This document shows positions 37,626-46,095 of a stretch of DNA of 64,000 bases, piece by piece; within the stretch, counting starts at the first letter, position 1, and the number at the start of each line of letters is the position of its first letter. The DNA lies in IMG/VR virus record IMGVR_UViG_3300042307_001176, positions 1 to 64,000 of that record; one strand, 5' to 3'. Origin of the DNA: a virus. The translations under genes and the position numbers were made by a program. A model generated the notes under the pieces. It was given only the letters and a program-made list of their open reading frames with translations. It made no database searches and was not told the origin of the DNA.

Positions 37626-38399
37626 ATGAAACACCTTAAAACCATAGAGAATTTTAAAATTGTAAATGAACAATTATTTAAGGCTGATATAGCTATGTTT
37701 AATAAACTAATGGGAATATCTGTTGAAGAAACTGGAATAGCAGAACCTAATCTTTTTCCAGCCGAAGCTCCTTCTGGGTTAGGACAAGCATTAGCTCCTA
37801 TAGCTAATATAAATACTGACCAAATGGATTCTTACGGATCTACTGCGGGAATAATGGATAAGAATGACGGTGCTGATTATAAACAACCCCTTAGAGGTCC
37901 TATAGGAAATATAGTCAATTCAGCTTATGCTAATCTTAATGTACCAACAAGAAAAATACCAGGAACAGGAGGGGGTAATCTAGGATGTGCAGCAGCTGTT
38001 TCTATTATATTTTATAGAGCAACTGGATATGCTATAGCTGGATCTGGAGCTATCACTCTTGGTACAGGATCTCTTTGGAGTTACATGAGTAAAGAAAGTG
38101 AAAAAAGCGACGGTGTTTGGAAAAAAATAACAGATTGGAAAACAGGATCACAACCTGGCGACATAATTCTAACTGCTAGAGGATCAAAAGCTGGTCACGT
38201 AGGTGTTGTTATAAATGGAGGAAATATAATTTCTAATTCATCCGGGGGATTTAAAGGAGATAAAAAAGGACAGATTGAAATGAACTATAACTTGAATAGC
38301 TGGTCTAGTGTTGCTGCAAGAAATCCTTCACAAACTGCAGCATTCAGATATGTAGGTCCATATAAAAAAACATGGGGATCTGAAGCTCAGTTAGCATAA
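37626..38399 (+). CDS. tagged NlpC/P60-CHAP-like peptidoglycan hydrolase
   Basis: GCAAAVS, PGDIILT, GHVGVV, ISNSS. Confidence 0.75.
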   Translation: MKHLKTIENFKIVNEQLFKADIAMFNKLMGISVEETGIAEPNLFPAEAPSGLGQALAPIANINTDQMDSYGSTAGIMDKNDGADYKQPLRGPIGNIVNSAYANLNVPTRKIPGTGGGNLGCAAAVSIIFYRATGYAIAGSGAITLGTGSLWSYMSKESEKSDGVWKKITDWKTGSQPGDIILTARGSKAGHVGVVINGGNIISNSSGGFKGDKKGQIEMNYNLNSWSSVAARNPSQTAAFRYVGPYKKTWGSEAQLA

Positions 38400-38406
38400 T
38401 TTCAGA

Positions 38407-38443
38407 AATCATTTTTTTATACAACTAGAAGTTTCTATATTTA
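38407..38443 (+). promoter_or_regulatory. class E promoter AATCATTTTTTT-N17-TATATTTA
   Basis: 29 nt offset. Confidence 0.75.
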
Positions 38444-38458
38444 CCCAAAATAACTAAT

Positions 38459-38671
38459 ATGGGTGAAAAAATAATTAAGGTCCTGGATAATTACCGGACA
38501 AATCCAGAAAGCCATATTCCTGGCGGTTCTGTAGTAGAGACTTTTAACGACAAAGGTCTAAGATTAGTATATGACAAGATTAAAAATCCTGGAGCATATA
38601 TTAAAAGAATTACTAAAGACGAATCAATCATTAAAGTTTACGTTGATGGAGAACTCAAGTTTGAAAGATAA
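38459..38671 (+). CDS. hypothetical protein
   Basis: 70 aa ORF after a promoter. Confidence 0.7.
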   Translation: MGEKIIKVLDNYRTNPESHIPGGSVVETFNDKGLRLVYDKIKNPGAYIKRITKDESIIKVYVDGELKFER

Positions 38672-38736
38672 TTCTAATACATTAAATTGGGAAAATTGTA
38701 ATATTATCAAAATCTAATAAACTAATCTTAAATATT

Positions 38737-39078
38737 ATGGCACTAAATTATGACTTAAGGGAAATAAAGAATTACAAAAAATTGTGGGAAAGAAGTGAAA
38801 TTACACAAGAAAATACACAAATGAAGGAACCTTATCGTACAATAATTTTTTGTACAATGATAGTGGGAATGAGGGAGATAACGGAAGAGAACTGTTCTAA
38901 ATTCCTTGAGAGAGTTTCTTTCGTAGAGAAAACACAGGGTAGCTTTTTCTATAAGAATAAAAAACCTCTATACATCTCTGAGAAGGATATCAATAGAATG
39001 ATTGGTTTAAAAACTAATGCTTCACTTCTTACCAAAGCACAATTTATTAAGAGACACACACAAGATTTAAAGATCTAA
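38737..39078 (+). CDS. conserved phage hypothetical protein
   Basis: M.LN.D, TM.VG...ITE.N...F..R, IGLKTNA. Confidence 0.7.
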   Translation: MALNYDLREIKNYKKLWERSEITQENTQMKEPYRTIIFCTMIVGMREITEENCSKFLERVSFVEKTQGSFFYKNKKPLYISEKDINRMIGLKTNASLLTKAQFIKRHTQDLKI

Positions 39079-39094
39079 TTAAAAAATTAAAATC

Positions 39095-39604
39095 ATGACT
39101 TATTTAGATTACGAAGTAACGCAATTACCCAATAGTGTCGAAATGATCTTCTGTAAACCATTAGACGAAGATGGAGTGAGAAAAGGATTAGATGAAACAC
39201 AAAAAAAAATTATCATTAAATTACTTCAATTTTCACAGAGTGAGATAGATGAAATGTATGATGATATTAAGTCTCAGCATGGGATTTTATCAATATTAGA
39301 AGGTAGATTAAATAGTATTAACTGTAAGATTGATAAAGCATCAAGAATATTAATATCTCTTTCCTGTTCATCTCCGGGTGAAGCTGTCATGTATACATAT
39401 TACATAGCTTATATGATGAAAAAAAAGAATATAAGTGATTTGTCTTTAGATAGACTTTTTATTGATGTATTTCATGTTGGATTTTTTTCTGCAGAGTCTC
39501 TTTACGAATACTGGAGCAAACAAAAAGTTAATCAAGGAAAAAATCAAGGGGGTGACAATTTATTAGATTATCCGAAAGCATCAGAAAGTTTATTGATGAA
39601 ATAA
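39095..39604 (+). CDS. hypothetical protein
   Basis: 169 aa ORF. Confidence 0.7.
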   Translation: MTYLDYEVTQLPNSVEMIFCKPLDEDGVRKGLDETQKKIIIKLLQFSQSEIDEMYDDIKSQHGILSILEGRLNSINCKIDKASRILISLSCSSPGEAVMYTYYIAYMMKKKNISDLSLDRLFIDVFHVGFFSAESLYEYWSKQKVNQGKNQGGDNLLDYPKASESLLMK

Positions 39605-39638
39605 AATAGTTTTATCCCAGTATAATAAATAAAAGAAT

Positions 39639-39791
39639 ATGGGAGATAATAAAATTGACGAAATCGGAGCTATCGAAGAGATGGTTAAAAAATACCCAAA
39701 CGATTCAGAGCTGGGTAAAAAAATAAGAGAGCATTTTATAGCTAAAGGAATATACGAAAATACTGTAGCTGGGGTGAAAGCAAATAAGTAG
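39639..39791 (+). CDS. 50 aa hypothetical protein
   Basis: MGDNKIDEIGAIEEMVKKYPNDSELGKKIRE...; fills the gap between neighbours. Confidence 0.6.
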   Translation: MGDNKIDEIGAIEEMVKKYPNDSELGKKIREHFIAKGIYENTVAGVKANK

Positions 39792-39798
39792 TAAATTA

Positions 39799-40101
39799 AT
39801 GACCGAAAATCACCAAGCACCATCAGTAACAGATTGGGAAGCTTTTGTTAATAACGAAAAATCTATAAGTATAAAGATTAATGAATCTTTAGATATTACA
39901 GATAGTAAGATTAAATTCTTAGGGAAAAATCGGGAATTCTTAATTGAGATGAAACTTAACTCTCACAATATTAATATCTGCTTAGCTATAGGAAATCCGC
40001 TATTTGTGGAACTACATACGCCAAAGGGCGTTTCTGTACAATATGTAAAAGGATCAGGAAAAGATCACTATAAGAAATTGCAGGAAGAAAAAAATAAATA
40101 A
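39799..40101 (+). CDS. hypothetical protein
   Basis: 100 aa ORF in an operon. Confidence 0.65.
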   Translation: MTENHQAPSVTDWEAFVNNEKSISIKINESLDITDSKIKFLGKNREFLIEMKLNSHNINICLAIGNPLFVELHTPKGVSVQYVKGSGKDHYKKLQEEKNK

Positions 40102-40106
40102 TTATA

Positions 40107-40628
40107 ATGGAATCTGTTAATAAATTTTATGCTGGAATAGGTTCTAGAGAAACACCCCCAGGAATAGAGCCAATGATTGAAGAAGCTGCTCGGTTTTTAG
40201 GACTTTTTGGATACACTTTAAGATCAGGAGCAGCTCCTGGGTCTGATTTTATGTTTGAAACTCATTGCATTCACGACAAAGAAATATATCTACCATGGAA
40301 AGGATTTAATGATAATATCTCTGATCTTTATCTTGACAATATGGATCAGACTAAAGTAGCTGAAGCTAGAGAGATAGCTAAGGATCACCATCCTTCTTGG
40401 AACTATTTGTCTGAAGCTGCAAAAAAGCTTATGACTAGAAACACATTCCAAGTTCTAGGCAAGGACCTTAAAACACCCGTTTCTTTTATTGTGTGTTGGA
40501 CTAAAGGTGGTAGGATAGAAGGAGGTACTGGACAAGCACTTAGAATTGCTAAGAGAAACTTTATACCCATATTCAATCTATATAATAAAGATTGTTTACA
40601 TCAAATAAAAATACACATAACAAAATAA
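40107..40628 (+). CDS. SLOG/DprA-like Rossmann-fold protein
   Basis: YAGIGSRETP, LRSGAA.G.D..FE, RN..QVLG, GGTGQA.RIA. Confidence 0.85.
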   Translation: MESVNKFYAGIGSRETPPGIEPMIEEAARFLGLFGYTLRSGAAPGSDFMFETHCIHDKEIYLPWKGFNDNISDLYLDNMDQTKVAEAREIAKDHHPSWNYLSEAAKKLMTRNTFQVLGKDLKTPVSFIVCWTKGGRIEGGTGQALRIAKRNFIPIFNLYNKDCLHQIKIHITK

Positions 40629-40629
40629 A

Positions 40630-41202
40630 ATGTCAGAAACTATTAATTTGCCCAGTCCAAAAGAAAGAAAATTATTTCTTGATCGTCAGGTATCACAAAG
40701 TTCCATTAATGCTATCTCTAAAGAAATTATTGGAATTAACGACCACGATGAGTATATTGAAAGAATATACGAAGCTCATGATTTACAATACGTACCTAAA
40801 CCTATAAAGTTATATATAGATTCGTATGGTGGATTAGTCTATCAATGTCTAGGTCTTTTAGGAATAATGAAATCTAGTAAAGCTCCTATTCACACGATAG
40901 TTACTGGATGTGCTATGTCTTGTGGATTTTTAATTTCTATATCAGGGCATAAAAGATATGGGTATCCAAGATCAACTTATCTTTATCATCAAGTTGGGGG
41001 TGGAGCAGTTGGTAAGGTTAAAGATATAGAAGAAGAATTAGTTGAGATGCTAAGACTACAAAAACACGTAGAAGAAATTACTCTCGAGCAGACAAAAATA
41101 CCGGCTAAAAGATTGGAGAGAGTTTATAAATCAAAAAAAGATTGGTATATGGATTCAAATGAGGCAATTAAATTTAAAGTTATAGACGAGGTTATTTTAT
41201 AA
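40630..41202 (+). CDS. clpP: ClpP-like protease
   Basis: IKLYIDSYGG, G.AMSCG (Ser), YHQ (His), KDWYM..EA.....IDEV. Confidence 0.85.
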   Translation: MSETINLPSPKERKLFLDRQVSQSSINAISKEIIGINDHDEYIERIYEAHDLQYVPKPIKLYIDSYGGLVYQCLGLLGIMKSSKAPIHTIVTGCAMSCGFLISISGHKRYGYPRSTYLYHQVGGGAVGKVKDIEEELVEMLRLQKHVEEITLEQTKIPAKRLERVYKSKKDWYMDSNEAIKFKVIDEVIL

Positions 41203-41205
41203 AGA

Positions 41206-42642
41206 ATGAGCGGGGAAAAAGTTAAGGACAAAAAATACAAGTCAATAGTAGATATTTCCACATTAAATGGCGATCAGAAGAAATCTTTTGATGAATTGAA
41301 AGATTTTATTTATGATAGGAATGACGATAGTATTTATGTACTAAAAGGATGGGCAGGAACAGGTAAAACCTATTGTGTTAGTTTCTTGGTGAAGTATGTT
41401 CTTGACGTGATTTATCCGAACAAAAATTGGTATAAAATAGCAGTAACTGGACCAACTAATAAATCTGTTAGAGTTATAAAAAAGACTACAGGTATAAAAA
41501 ATCCTAGAGTAACTTTTCAGACAATACATAAGCTTTTGGGACTGACTGAAAGAATCACTTCCGACGGTCAACAGGAGTTTGTAAATCAAGGAGATTTTGA
41601 GCCTCAGATAAAAAAGACAAAGCTTCTTATAATAGATGAGGTTTCTATGCTTAACGATGATTTATTTCACGAGATTCTTAGATATAGAAGTGATATCAAA
41701 ATAATCTGCATGGGAGATCCGGCTCAAATTCCTCCGGTTGGAAAACCTGATTGTATTCCATTTATGGATGAATTATTAGAAATGTATGGTATAAAAACTT
41801 TGGAGTTAAAAACCATCATGAGACAGAAAGGCGATAATCCTATAATTGATACATCAGTATTAATTAGAACTGATTTGGAAAATCCTTATATAGAGACTGG
41901 TATAGAATCTAATCTAAATGATAGAGGAGAGGGAATAGAATTTCTAAATCTTAATTCTTCTTCGATAAGAGAATCTTTTAATGATATACTTTCATCGTAT
42001 TTTAATAGTGAAGAATTTAAAGAAGATCCTGAATATTCTAAAATAATTGCATGGAGGAATAAGACAGTAGAGAAAATGAATCAATTAGTAAGGAAAGTTA
42101 TATACGGGGATGAATCTATTGGATCTAAGATATTACTAGGAGAAAAGCTTATAGCAAATAATCCTATAATTGAGATGGGACAAATTCTTTTCAACACTAA
42201 CGATGAATTTACTGTTGATAAATTTGAAATAAAAACTGAGAAGGTTAAGGTTGCTGACGAAGAAGGAGGCTTAAAATATTATGAAACTGGAGTTACATTC
42301 TTAAATGATGAAGACAAAAAAATCACATATTTTATTGATATTCTTCACGAGGACAGCGAATCATATTTCTTTGTTCTAGCAAACAAATTAAAAAAGATAG
42401 CAATAGAGAAAAAAGGCAAAGAAAAATCTTGGATAAAGTATTACGACTTTATCAGAAGATTTGCAGATGTTAGCTATGCTTATTCTATAACTGCTCATAA
42501 ATCTCAAGGAAGCACATATACAACAGCTTTTGTTTTGGATGATGATATAGATGTTAACCCCAATGTTGTAGAAAGAAATAGAATAAAATATACAGCATAC
42601 ACAAGATCAAGTAAAAAACTATATGTACTTAAACGATTCTAA
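41206..42642 (+). CDS. dda: Dda/RecD-like SF1B DNA helicase
   Basis: GWAGTGKT, PTNK, TIHK, IIDEVSM, GDPAQIPPV, MRQ, AYSITAHKSQGST, YTAYTR. Confidence 0.9.
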   Translation: MSGEKVKDKKYKSIVDISTLNGDQKKSFDELKDFIYDRNDDSIYVLKGWAGTGKTYCVSFLVKYVLDVIYPNKNWYKIAVTGPTNKSVRVIKKTTGIKNPRVTFQTIHKLLGLTERITSDGQQEFVNQGDFEPQIKKTKLLIIDEVSMLNDDLFHEILRYRSDIKIICMGDPAQIPPVGKPDCIPFMDELLEMYGIKTLELKTIMRQKGDNPIIDTSVLIRTDLENPYIETGIESNLNDRGEGIEFLNLNSSSIRESFNDILSSYFNSEEFKEDPEYSKIIAWRNKTVEKMNQLVRKVIYGDESIGSKILLGEKLIANNPIIEMGQILFNTNDEFTVDKFEIKTEKVKVADEEGGLKYYETGVTFLNDEDKKITYFIDILHEDSESYFFVLANKLKKIAIEKKGKEKSWIKYYDFIRRFADVSYAYSITAHKSQGSTYTTAFVLDDDIDVNPNVVERNRIKYTAYTRSSKKLYVLKRF

Positions 42643-43012
42643 TATTAAACACCTGTTAGCCATTTTCTTCGGAATTGGAATTGCTGAAGAATTATCAATT
42701 CTATTTGATGTAAGAATGCCAATTTTAGCACTAACCTATGTTGTGTGTCTATTCATTGTGATATTCAATTTTTCCAAATTGAAAGAAGGTAAATACATAT
42801 GGGAACCTGGATTTGGATTAATAGGAATTTTTGCTATTCTATATCTTATATTTTTAGGTATTGGATACAAAGCCCAATTCTTTGGAAAATTATCAGCTGG
42901 TGTATCTTTAATGGTGTGGATAAGATCTATAAGATATTTAAGTGAAGATAAAACAGAAGAAAATAATGATCAAGATGATCAAGAAATAAATGAAGTAGAT
43001 GGAAATAAATGA
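42623..43012 (+). CDS. multi-TM membrane protein
   Basis: four hydrophobic segments. Confidence 0.65.
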   Translation: MYLNDSNIKHLLAIFFGIGIAEELSILFDVRMPILALTYVVCLFIVIFNFSKLKEGKYIWEPGFGLIGIFAILYLIFLGIGYKAQFFGKLSAGVSLMVWIRSIRYLSEDKTEENNDQDDQEINEVDGNK

Positions 43013-43433
43013 AAAATATAAACATATAGGATATTCATATCCAGGTGTTCCTAAAGGATGGAAGCATGTAGTTGAAAAAGCAATAGAGGATATTGAAAAA
43101 GCCATGTGGCCCAGTTGGATACCTATGTTTATTAAGCGTAAAATACACTTTTTAGCAACCGGAAATTCCGTTATTGGGATTAAGTATAGATTTTGGTATA
43201 AAGTGCGTAAGAAGCTAACTAACGGACAAATAGTAACGGATATTAAAGATAAGTTTGCAGGACTTAGAATATATGGACATTTTGGTCCAGAGATAGAAGA
43301 AATAGTAAAGCAAGCAGAAGATGAATGCTACAGAACTTGTGAAAGGTGTGGAAGCAATAAGAATGTAAGAACTATAGGTAAGGGATGGCTTTATAATCTA
43401 TGCAAATCTTGCAGATATAGTAAAAAGAAATAG
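42999..43433 (+). CDS. phage protein with C-terminal Zn ribbon
   Basis: KDKFAGLRIY, CERCG...LCKSC. Confidence 0.75.
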   Translation: MEINEKYKHIGYSYPGVPKGWKHVVEKAIEDIEKAMWPSWIPMFIKRKIHFLATGNSVIGIKYRFWYKVRKKLTNGQIVTDIKDKFAGLRIYGHFGPEIEEIVKQAEDECYRTCERCGSNKNVRTIGKGWLYNLCKSCRYSKKK

Positions 43434-43470
43434 AATCGGTTTTTTACTCAAGTATTTAAAATTAAATTTA
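43434..43470 (+). promoter_or_regulatory. class E promoter variant AATCGGTTTTTT-N17-TAAATTTA
   Basis: 29 nt offset; only 4 nt before the GTG start. Confidence 0.55.
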
Positions 43471-43474
43471 TAGT

Positions 43475-44296
43475 GTGAAAAAGATATTAACCATAGGAGA
43501 TGTTCACGGTCGTAATAAATGGATGTTTCATACTCACGGAAGTGATTATGAATTCAATCATTGGCTGACGATGGTCGAAAATGGTGTTCCCGCGGACGAT
43601 AAGGAATTTTGGAAAGAAATGCCTTATACCCAATATGATAAGATAGTATTTGTTGGCGATTATGTTGATAGCTATGATCTTAGTAACGTATTGATTCTAG
43701 ATAATCTTAAAAAAATTCTTCTATTTAAAAAAGCATTACCTGATAAAGTTATACTTCTACTTGGAAATCATGATATACAATATTTTGTTCCTAATGAAGT
43801 GTGTAGTGGATATAGAGCAGAAATGAAACCAGATCTTTATCAGATATTTACTGAAAATCGGGAATGTTTTAAAGTAGCACATTTAGAAAAAGATAACACT
43901 GGTGTTAAGTATTTATGGACACATGCTGGTGTTACTAGTGGATGGTTAAAAGACACTCGTAATGACATTTATAATCCAAGATATAGAAATTATGAAATAA
44001 CTAAAGATTTTGATACAGAGGATCTTGAAAAGTTTATAAATGATCTATTTGAGCTAAGAGTAGATAATTTATTTAATGTGGATGCTCATAGTGGAGGATA
44101 CAACTTATGGGCAGGTCCTTTCTGGGTTAGACCAACAATTCTTAATGACTTTCCTTTAGAAGGAGTTAATCAAATAGTTGGACACACACCACAGAAGATG
44201 ATAAAAGATGTTATTTGTGGAGAGGTTACTCACTATTTAGTTGATTGTCTTTGGGAAGATTATAATGATGTCTTAGTTTTAGATATTGATGTATGA
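43475..44296 (+). CDS. calcineurin-like metallophosphoesterase
   Basis: GDVHG, GDYVD, GNHD, HAG, GHT. Confidence 0.9.
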   Translation: MKKILTIGDVHGRNKWMFHTHGSDYEFNHWLTMVENGVPADDKEFWKEMPYTQYDKIVFVGDYVDSYDLSNVLILDNLKKILLFKKALPDKVILLLGNHDIQYFVPNEVCSGYRAEMKPDLYQIFTENRECFKVAHLEKDNTGVKYLWTHAGVTSGWLKDTRNDIYNPRYRNYEITKDFDTEDLEKFINDLFELRVDNLFNVDAHSGGYNLWAGPFWVRPTILNDFPLEGVNQIVGHTPQKMIKDVICGEVTHYLVDCLWEDYNDVLVLDIDV

Positions 44297-44613
44297 CAAG
44301 AAGATTTAAATTCTATAAGGAAGATAACAGATGGTTTGCTGATCTACCGGAATGGGAAGGAGAAAAAGACGATCTAGAGATGGTAATGGGTGCTGACATT
44401 TTATTAGAAATTCTTTCGGGAAATTCAGACTATTGTTATGTTACTTTTAGTGACGAGCCTTTTGATGATGCTAAGATTCTTTCTTACGATCATAACGAAT
44501 CTACTGCGGGATATTACAACAATGACGCGTGGCACGGTCCTTCTACTATTTGGCTTTGTTATGTGACTGAATTTGTTTTTGGAGGATATCCGGAGAAGAT
44601 TTATTTCTCGTAG
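44293..44613 (+). CDS. DUF6717-like hypothetical protein
   Basis: MV.GAD..L, WLC.VT.FVFG.YP..IY. Confidence 0.7.
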   Translation: MTRRFKFYKEDNRWFADLPEWEGEKDDLEMVMGADILLEILSGNSDYCYVTFSDEPFDDAKILSYDHNESTAGYYNNDAWHGPSTIWLCYVTEFVFGGYPEKIYFS

Positions 44614-45053
44614 TATTCTATCATCTTTACAGCATTTGATATTAACCAGGCATCAACTTCAGGGACTTTCATTAAAAAATTAAGTTCGTATCTGTAGCAA
44701 AGGGACTCTTCCTTATTAGGATCTAATTTAAAGTAAAGTTGCTTAATGTATAGATGCATGGATTCATGAACTAGTATAGCAGCTATATTATAGATATTGG
44801 ATGACTTTATATCATTAACAGCTATAGTTATCATCGAATCTCCCTCAGTTGTTGAAAAAGCCCCGTTCCAATATCCTATATTATGACACGTCTCTAATAA
44901 AACATTATATTTTTCTTGATCATATTTTTTTATTATTAAAATTGCACTATCTACTTTATTTTTCCACCCATCCCCGACATCTGCTACTTTTATTTGTGCA
45001 AATAAAGGGAATAAATTAAAAGATATTAATAAAATAATACATGATCTAATCAT
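44601..45053 (-). CDS. secreted HExxH zincin-like protein
   Basis: signal peptide; ILVHESMH and downstream EE..CY..E. Confidence 0.75.
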   Translation of the reverse strand: MIRSCIILLISFNLFPLFAQIKVADVGDGWKNKVDSAILIIKKYDQEKYNVLLETCHNIGYWNGAFSTTEGDSMITIAVNDIKSSNIYNIAAILVHESMHLYIKQLYFKLDPNKEESLCYRYELNFLMKVPEVDAWLISNAVKMIEYYEK

Positions 45054-45502
45054 AGTTTAGAAGCTGCTTCGTGTATTGCTTTTTTAAGCGATGTTGATAC
45101 AGTCATTTTTTCGAAAGGAATAGCTCCTTCCTGAACCTCTATCATAATAGCTCTTATTTCGGTATCTGATTCACCTATACCTTCGTACTTGTTACCTTTA
45201 TAGTATAGCCTAACACCTACCTGTGTTATTGTATTAGTTTTTTCTACACCAACTATTCTTATTGTCGTTTTAGGTAAGCCAAAATAGAATACCTCAACCT
45301 TAACCGGATCACCTTCGTCAGAAAGACAAAACTTCTGAGATAACTCCTCCTCGACTATTTGTTTTATACCGAATCTTATATCCCTAGATCCTAGCTCTCT
45401 AAGCTTTGCTGTAACGTAAACCGTGTCTACCTTTACACAATCTTGTGCTTGTGCTGTTATACCAATAAGTACAAGTCCGAAAAATATGATAATTTTTTTC
45501 AT
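45050..45502 (-). CDS. secreted short CsgG-like paralog
   Basis: FGIKQIVEEEL / GIGESDT / FEK.TVSTSLKKAI align with 49468..50214. Confidence 0.65.
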   Translation of the reverse strand: MKKIIIFFGLVLIGITAQAQDCVKVDTVYVTAKLRELGSRDIRFGIKQIVEEELSQKFCLSDEGDPVKVEVFYFGLPKTTIRIVGVEKTNTITQVGVRLYYKGNKYEGIGESDTEIRAIMIEVQEGAIPFEKMTVSTSLKKAIHEAASKL

Positions 45503-46095
45503 TATTTAATAATATATTTAGTGTAGTCAGTTGATGCTGGCTTTTCATTTTTAAAATAATATCTCTCAACATTATTTCCGTATTTAATTGTCTTAATGTA
45601 TCCATCAGGTATTGTTGCACCAGTTGGTAATACTATAGATTTGCTAGAAAATATACATCTTATCTCGACAGTAACTGTTTTATTAGTTCTAGCAAGTTCT
45701 CTTTCTCTTACTTCTAATAATCTCCAAGTTGTTCTATTTAGGTTTTCTTGCTGTAGTGAGCAGTTCAAATATGTGAATGTTTTATATAATAATTCCTTAG
45801 TGCAATTAAAGTCCGCTGCTGGAGCTAAATGTCCTTTATCGTAAGGGTTATTTTCATAATCCTTATTGTCTGAAGTCAAAATTGAATCACATATATAAAA
45901 ATCCATCCCAGTCCTCGGAGCAGTTCCGTTTGGACATTGTACAGTGTATCTGATAAATTTAGGCTGTTGTAATTTTTCTGAGTATACAATCTCAAACATA
46001 TTAGTTTTAATGTATACTGAATCTCTTAACGTTTTTTGCCCATAAATAAATAATGGGGTTGTAAATAGTAAAAATGATAGTAATAGATTTTTCAT
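45502..46095 (-). CDS. secreted DNA/RNA non-specific endonuclease
   Basis: YDKGHLAPAAD, TF.YLN..LQ...LNR..W..LE..ER, IP. Confidence 0.9.
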   Translation of the reverse strand: MKNLLLSFLLFTTPLFIYGQKTLRDSVYIKTNMFEIVYSEKLQQPKFIRYTVQCPNGTAPRTGMDFYICDSILTSDNKDYENNPYDKGHLAPAADFNCTKELLYKTFTYLNCSLQQENLNRTTWRLLEVRERELARTNKTVTVEIRCIFSSKSIVLPTGATIPDGYIKTIKYGNNVERYYFKNEKPASTDYTKYIIK

